Shown: piece by piece, positions 56,916 to 64,000 of the stretch
How positions within the stretch are numbered: the stretch's first letter is position 1
How the letters are laid out: the number at the start of each line of letters is the position of its first letter
Source of the DNA: the human T2T-CHM13v2.0 reference genome, Homo sapiens
Direction: 5' to 3' (one strand)
Assembly (NCBI RefSeq): GCF_009914755.1
Contig: NC_060948.1
DNA: 64,000 nt
The notes under the pieces: generated by a model
Databases searched by the model: none
Seen by the model: only the letters and a program-made list of their open reading frames with translations
Told to the model about the DNA's origin: nothing
Made by a program: the position numbers and the translations under genes

Positions 56916-59900
56916 GGCCTGGAATAAAGTGGAATGCTACGGTCTCGAATGGAATAAAAATGTATGGAATAGAATGCAATGAAACGGAATCGAATGTCAT
57001 AGAATGTAATGGAATGCAAAAAAATGGACTCCAAAATCATTGACTGGAAAGGCTGGGTGTCGAAAGGAATTGCCTCCAATGGAATGGAATCGAATGGAAT
57101 GGAAGTGAATAGAATGGAACTAAATCGAATGGAATGGAATTGATAGGAACGGAATGGAAAGGAATGCAATGATTTGGCATGGAATGGAATCGAATGGCAT
57201 CGAATGGAATGGAATGGAATGCAATTGAATGGAATGTATTAGAATGTAATGAACTTTAATGTAATGTACTCGAATGGATTCGACTGGAATGGAATGTTCT
57301 CGAAGTGAATGGACTCCAATGGAATGGATTCGAAAGGAATGGAATCTAATGGAATGGAATTAAATGGAAATGAATCAAATTGAATAGAACGGAATTGAAT
57401 GGAATGGAATCGAATGAAATGGAATCTAATGAAACGGAAAGGAAAGGAATGGAATGGAATGGAATGGGCTGGAATTGAATGGAATCGAAACGAATGGAAT
57501 GGAGTCGAACTGAAGAGACTGAAATGGAATGCACTGGAATGGAAGGGAGTGTAATGGAAGGTTCTCGAAAAAAATGGAATCGAAAGGAATGGAATTGAAT
57601 GGAACGGAATAGAGTCGAATGGAATTCAAAGGAATGGAATGGACTAGAGTGAAATGGAATCGAACCACAAGGAATGGACAGGAACAGAATGGTCTCGAAT
57701 TGAATGGAATCGTATGGAATGGCATCAAACGGAATGGAATGGACAGCCACGGAATGGAATGCACTCGAATGCAATGGAGTCGACACTAATGGACTGGAAT
57801 AGAATGGACTCGACTGGTACGGACTCCAATGGAATGGAATCGAATGGAAGGGAATGGAACGGAATGGACTCGAAGGGAAAAGACTGCAATGGAAAGGTCT
57901 CGAATGGAATGGAAATTAATGGAATGGAATGGAATCGAATGAAATGGAGTCAAAAGGAATGGAATCGAATGGCAAGAAATCGAATGTAATGGAATCGCAA
58001 GGAATTGATGTGAACGGAACGGAATGGAATGGAATCCAAAGGAATGGAATAGAATGGAATGGAATCGAATGGAAAGGACTCGAATGGAAATCACTCGAAT
58101 AGAATGCAATTTAATAAAATAGGATCAAATGTAATGGAATGGAATGGAAAGGAATCGAAACGAAAGGAATGGAGACAGATGGAATGGAATGGAACAGAGA
58201 GCAATGGTATAGAATGGAATGGAATCATCTGGAATGGAATTGAATGGAATGGAATAATATGAAATGGAATGGAATGGAATGGAATGCCCTTGAATTAAAT
58301 GGACTGGAATGGAATGGACTCAAAGAGAGTGGAATGGAAAGTGTTGAAATAGAATGGAATGGACTCGTTTGGAATGGTCTAGTATGCAATGCAATCGACT
58401 GGCAGGGAATCAAGAGGAATGTAATCGAATGGATTGGACTGGAATGCAATGGACTCGAATAGATTGGAAACGGAATGCAAAGGAATGGAATGGAATAGTA
58501 TGGAATGGAATGGAAAGGAATGGAGTGGAATAGACTAGAGTGGAATGGAATGGACTCGAAAGCAATGGACTGGAATGGAACTTTCTTGAATGGACTGGAA
58601 TCAAACGGAATGGAATGCAATGCAATCAAATGGCATGGAATAAAATAGAATGAAAGAGAATCAAATGGAATTGAATCGAATGGAATCGAATGGATTGGAA
58701 AGGAATAGAATGGAATGGAATGGAATTGACTCAAATGGAATGGACTAGAATGGAATGGATTCGAATGGAAGGCAAAGGAATGGAATCTATTGGAATGGAC
58801 TGTAATGGAATGGAATGGAAGGGATTGGAATGGACTCGAATGGAATGGACTGCAATAGAAAGGATTCGAATGGAATGAAAAAGAATTGAATGGAATAGAA
58901 CAGAATGGAATCAAATCGAATGAAATGGAATGGAAGAGAAAGGAATGGAATGAAATGGAATGGAAAGGATTCGAATGGAATGCAATCGAATGGAATGCAA
59001 TCGAATGGAATGGAATCGAACGGAATGGAATAAAATGGAAGAAAACTGGCAAGAAATGGAATCGAAATGAATGGAGTGTTATGGAACGGACTCAAAAGGA
59101 ATTGAATGTAATAGAATGGAGTGGAGTGGACTCGAATATAATGGACTGGAATGGAATGAAATCACATGGAATGGGAACGAATGGAATGGAATGGAAAGGA
59201 ATGGAATGGAAAGGAATGGAATCGAATGGAAAGGAATCGAATGGAAGGGAATGAAATTGAATCAACAGGAATGGAAGGAAGTAGAATAGACGGTAATGGA
59301 ATGGACTCGAATAGAATGGACACGAATGCTCAAATTGAATGGACTCGAATGGAATGGAAACGAAAGGAATGTCGTCGAATGGAATTGAATCGATTGGAAT
59401 GAAATCGCATAGAATGGAGTGGAATCAAATGGAATTGAATCGAAAGGAAAGGAAGCGAATGGACTGAAATGAAATGGAATGGAATTGAATGGAAATTAAT
59501 GCAATGGAATAGAATGGAACGAAATTTCACGGAATGGAATCAAACTGAATGGAATCAAATCAATGGAATATAATCGAATGGAATGGAAAGGAATTGAATG
59601 GAGTAGATTGGATTGGATGGGATTGGAATGAAATGCACTGGAAAGGACTCGAATTTCATGAAACGGAATGGAATGAATTGGAACGGAATGGACTCGAATG
59701 GAATGGAATGTCACGGAATGGCATCAAATGGAATGGCATCAAATGGAATGGAATAGAATGCAATGGAATGCTATGGAATGGAATGGAATGCATTGGAATG
59801 GAATGTCCTCTAATGGAATGGATTCGAGTGGAATGGAATCGAATATAATGGAGTCGAATGAAATGGAATTGAAAGGAATGGGATCGAATACCATGTAATA

Positions 59901-60484
59901 TACTGGAATGTAATGTAATGAACTCGAATGTAATTGACTGGAATGGAATGTACATGAATGGAATGTAATCGAATGGAAAGTAATCCAATGGAATAGAATC
60001 TAATGTAATAAAATCGACTCAAATAGAATAGAATGTAATGGAATGGAGTGCAGTGCAATGGAATGGAATGGAATGGAATGCAATGGAATGGAATGGAATG
60101 GAATGGAATGGAATGGAATGGGATGGAATGGTATGGAATGGATAGTAATGGACTGGAGTGAAATGGACTGGAAAAGAATGGACTCAAATTAAAAGGGCTC
60201 GAAAGGAATGGAGTCAAATGGAATGGTCTGGAATGGAATGAATACGAATGTAATGCAATCCAATAGAATGGAATCGAATGGTATGGAATATAAAGAATTG
60301 GAATCGAAGAGAATGGAAACAAATGGAATGGAATTGAATGGAATGGAATTGAATGGAATGGGAACGAATGGAGTGAAATTGTATGCAGTAGAAGAGAATA
60401 GAATGGAATGCAAGCGAAAGGAAAGGAATGGATTGGAATGGAATGGAATTCATTGGAATGGAAGGGAATGTAGTGTAATGGACA
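56916..60484 (+). repeat. Unit U17, 3569 bp, C front / C back (contains the duplication junction)
   Basis: Matches U13 up to ~59431, then matches the back of U16 from 59463. Confidence 0.88.
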
Positions 60485-63400
60485 GGCCTGGAATAAAGTG
60501 GAATGCTACAGTCTCGAATGGAATAAAAATGTATGGAATAGAATGCAATGAAACGGAATCGAATGTCATAGAATGTAATGGAATGCAAAAAAATGGACTC
60601 CAAAATCATTGACTGGAAAGGCTGGGTGTCGAAAGGAATTGCCTCCAATGGAATGGAATCGAATGGAATGGAAGTGAATAGAATGGAACTAAATCGAATG
60701 GAATGGAATTGATAGGAACGGAATGGAAAGGAATGCAATGATTTGGCATGGAATGGAATCGAATGGCATCGAATGGAATGGAATGGAATGCAATTGAATG
60801 GAATGTATTAGAATGTAATGAACTTTAATGTAATGTACTCGAATGGATTCGACTGGAATGGAATGTTCTCGAAGTGAATGGACTCCAATGGAATGGATTC
60901 GAAAGGAATGGAATCTAATGGAATGGAATTAAATGGAAATGAATCAAATTGAATAGAACGGAATTGAATGGAATGGAATCGAATGAAATGGAATCTAATG
61001 AAACGGAAAGGAAAGGAATGGAATGGAATGGAATGGGCTGGAATTGAATGGAATCGAAACGAATGGAATGGAGTCGAACTGAAGAGACTGAAATGGAATG
61101 CACTGGAATGGAAGGGAGTGTAATGGAAGGTTCTCGAAAAAAATGGAATCGAAAGGAATGGAATTGAATGGAACGGAATAGAGTCGAATGGAATTCAAAG
61201 GAATGGAATGGACTAGAGTGAAATGGAATCGAACCACAAGGAATGGACAGGAACAGAATGGTCTCGAATTGAATGGAATCGTATGGAATGGCATCAAACG
61301 GAATGGAATGGACAGCCACGGAATGGAATGCACTCGAATGCAATGGAGTCGACACTAATGGACTGGAATAGAATGGACTCGACTGGTACGGACTCCAATG
61401 GAATGGAATCGAATGGAAGGGAATGGAACGGAATGGACTCGAAGGGAAAAGACTGCAATGGAAAGGTCTCGAATGGAATGGAAATTAATGGAATGGAATG
61501 GAATCGAATGAAATGGAGTCAAAAGGAATGGAATCGAATGGCAAGAAATCGAATGTAATGGAATCGCAAGGAATTGATGTGAACGGAACGGAATGGAATG
61601 GAATCCAAAGGAATGGAATAGAATGGAATGGAATCGAATGGAAAGGACTCGAATGGAAATCACTCGAATAGAATGCAATTTAATAAAATAGGATCAAATG
61701 TAATGGAATGGAATGGAAAGGAATCGAAACGAAAGGAATGGAGACAGATGGAATGGAATGGAACAGAGAGCAATGGTATAGAATGGAATGGAATCATCTG
61801 GAATGGAATTGAATGGAATGGAATAATATGAAATGGAATGGAATGGAATGGAATGCCCTTGAATTAAATGGACTGGAATGGAATGGACTCAAAGAGAGTG
61901 GAATGGAAAGTGTTGAAATAGAATGGAATGGACTCGTTTGGAATGGTCTAGTATGCAATGCAATCGACTGGCAGGGAATCAAGAGGAATGTAATCGAATG
62001 GATTGGACTGGAATGCAATGGACTCGAATAGATTGGAAACGGAATGCAAAGGAATGGAATGGAATAGTATGGAATGGAATGGAAAGGAATGGAGTGGAAT
62101 AGACTAGAGTGGAATGGAATGGACTCGAAAGCAATGGACTGGAATGGAACTTTCTTGAATGGACTGGAATCAAACGGAATGGAATGCAATGCAATCAAAT
62201 GGCATGGAATAAAATAGAATGAAAGAGAATCAAATGGAATTGAATCGAATGGAATCGAATGGATTGGAAAGGAATAGAATGGAATGGAATGGAATTGACT
62301 CAAATGGAATGGACTAGAATGGAATGGATTCGAATGGAAGGCAAAGGAATGGAATCTATTGGAATGGACTGTAATGGAATGGAATGGAAGGGATTGGAAT
62401 GGACTCGAATGGAATGGACTGCAATAGAAAGGATTCGAATGGAATGAAAAAGAATTGAATGGAATAGAACAGAATGGAATCAAATCGAATGAAATGGAAT
62501 GGAAGAGAAAGGAATGGAATGAAATGGAATGGAAAGGATTCGAATGGAATGCAATCGAATGGAATGCAATCGAATGGAATGGAATCGAACGGAATGGAAT
62601 AAAATGGAAGAAAACTGGCAAGAAATGGAATCGAAATGAATGGAGTGTTATGGAACGGACTCAAAAGGAATTGAATGTAATAGAATGGAGTGGAGTGGAC
62701 TCGAATATAATGGACTGGAATGGAATGAAATCACATGGAATGGGAACGAATGGAATGGAATGGAAAGGAATGGAATGGAAAGGAATGGAATCGAATGGAA
62801 AGGAATCGAATGGAAGGGAATGAAATTGAATCAACAGGAATGGAAGGAAGTAGAATAGACGGTAATGGAATGGACTCGAATAGAATGGACACGAATGCTC
62901 AAATTGAATGGACTCGAATGGAATGGAAACGAAAGGAATGTCGTCGAATGGAATTGAATCGATTGGAATGAAATCGCATAGAATGGAGTGGAATCAAATG
63001 GAATTGAATCGAAAGGAAAGGAAGCGAATGGTCTGAAATGAAATGGAATGGAATTGAATGGAAAGTAATGCAAGGGAATAGAATGGAACGAAATTTCACG
63101 GAATGGAATCAAACTGAATGGAATCAAATCAATGGAATATAATCAAATGGCATGGAAAGGAATTGAATGGAGTAGATTGGATTGGATGGGATTGGAATGA
63201 AATGTACTGGAAAGGACTCGAATTTCATGAAATGGAATGGAATGAACTGGAACGGAATGGACTCGAATGGAATGGAATGTCATGGAATGGCATCAAATGG
63301 AATGGCATCAAATGGAATGGAATCGAATGCAATGGAATGTTATGGAATGGAATGGAATGCATTGGAATGGAATGTCCCCTAATGGAATGGATTCGAGGGG

Positions 63401-64000
63401 AATGGAATCGAATATAATGGAGTCGAATGAAATGGAATTGAAAGGAAAGGGATCGAATACAATGGAATATACTGGAATGTAATGTAATGAACTCGAATGT
63501 AATTGACTAGAATGGAATGTACATGAATGGAATGTAATCGAATGGAAAATAATCTCATGGAATAGAATCTAATGCAATAAAATCGACTCAAATAGAATAG
63601 AATGGAATGGAATGGAGTGCAGTGCAATGGAATGGAATGGAATGGAATGCAATGGAATGGAATGGAATGGGATGGAATGGTATGGGATGGATAGAAATGG
63701 ACTGGAGTGAAATGGACTGGAAAGTAATGGACTCAAATTGAAAGAGCTCGAAAGAATGGAGTCAAATGGAATGGTCTGGAATGGAATGAACACGAATGTA
63801 ATGCAATCCAATAGAATGGAATCGAATGGCATGGAATATAAAGAAATGGAATCGAAGAGAATGGAAACGAATGGAATGGAGTTGAATGGAATGGAATTGA
63901 ATGGAATGGGAACGAATGGAGTGAAATTGTATGCAGTAGAAGAGAATAGAATGGAATGCAAGCGAAATTAAAGGAATGGATTGGAATGGAATGGAATTCA
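60485..64000 (+). repeat. Unit U18, nearly complete, C front / D back (copy of U13)
   Basis: Same alleles as U13 at offset 17,754 (e.g. 45364 vs 63118). SacI 63744, EcoRI 63994-63999. Confidence 0.9.

Larger units (their letters stand above)
1..64000 (+). repeat. DYZ1: Human satellite 3 tandem array of DYZ1 type (Yq12 heterochromatin); degenerate (GGAAT)n with a ~3.55 kb higher-order unit, about 18 copies
   Basis: GGAAT and its variants (CGAAT, GGACT, GCAAT, TGAAT) run end to end. The landmark ggacaGGCCtggaataaagtgg recurs with GGCC at 274, 3807, 7351, 10884, 14417, 17950, 21499, 25032, 28571, 32110, 35643, 39182, 42731, 46279, 49808, 53382, 56916 and 60485. A single HaeIII site and ~3.56 kb period match the classical DYZ1 unit (established). 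Chromosomal origin is inferred from family recognition, not from an alignment. Confidence 0.96.

Noticed and set aside
12-63971. Hundreds of 60-200 aa ORFs on both strands (MEWNG / HSIPF repeats)
   Set aside because: These are direct translations of (GGAAT)n, whose pure form has no stop codon in any frame. They overlap in all frames, are low complexity and recur in every unit, with no coding signature.
1-64000. CRISPR-like repeat-spacer array
   Set aside because: There is no constant 23-50 bp repeat with unique spacers and no cas genes. The variable parts are degenerate pentamers repeated in every unit.
1-64000. DYZ2/HSat1B block, Alu or L1 insertion, or inversion breakpoint
   Set aside because: No AT-rich or Alu-like sequence was seen, every unit length is explained by small indels, and GGAAT stays on + throughout.
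1-64000. HSat2 or autosomal HSat3 (e.g. chr9) assignment
   Set aside because: The regular CATTCGATTC-based HSat2 pattern is absent. The ~3.55 kb single-HaeIII unit fits DYZ1.
1-64000. G-quadruplex or CpG-island calls from the G-rich strand and frequent TCGA
   Set aside because: G runs are almost all GG with 3-nt loops and GGG is sparse. The sequence is A-rich and its CpGs come from the CGAAT pentamer variant.

Overview
The whole 64 kb is one uninterrupted, single-orientation array of human satellite 3: degenerate (GGAAT)n pentamers with the purine-rich strand on +. It is organised as a ~3.55 kb higher-order unit with one HaeIII/StuI site (AGGCCT) per unit and usually one EcoRI site 39 bp upstream of it. 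This is the architecture of DYZ1, the Yq12 heterochromatin repeat. There are 17 complete units (3529-3574 bp), one nearly complete unit and a 273 bp left fragment. I see no gene, RNA gene, transposon, CRISPR array, DYZ2 block or inversion, and all listed ORFs are translations of the pentamer. I found no new gene system. The information lies in the variant structure. (1) Each unit carries three perfect nGAAnnTTCnnGAAn heat-shock elements, made by in-register GAA->TTC pentamers. (2) A homogeneous left domain (1 to ~41.4 kb) is built from two unit subtypes and their hybrids, with a nascent ~10.6 kb three-unit super-repeat. (3) There is an abrupt switch to a more diverged right domain, containing a segment repeated at a 14,185 bp offset and a nested, younger 3,569 bp tandem duplication whose junction maps to ~30 bp. 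(4) Indels are quantised, mostly to 15 bp. All alignments were done by eye with help from the ORF coordinates and should be confirmed computationally.
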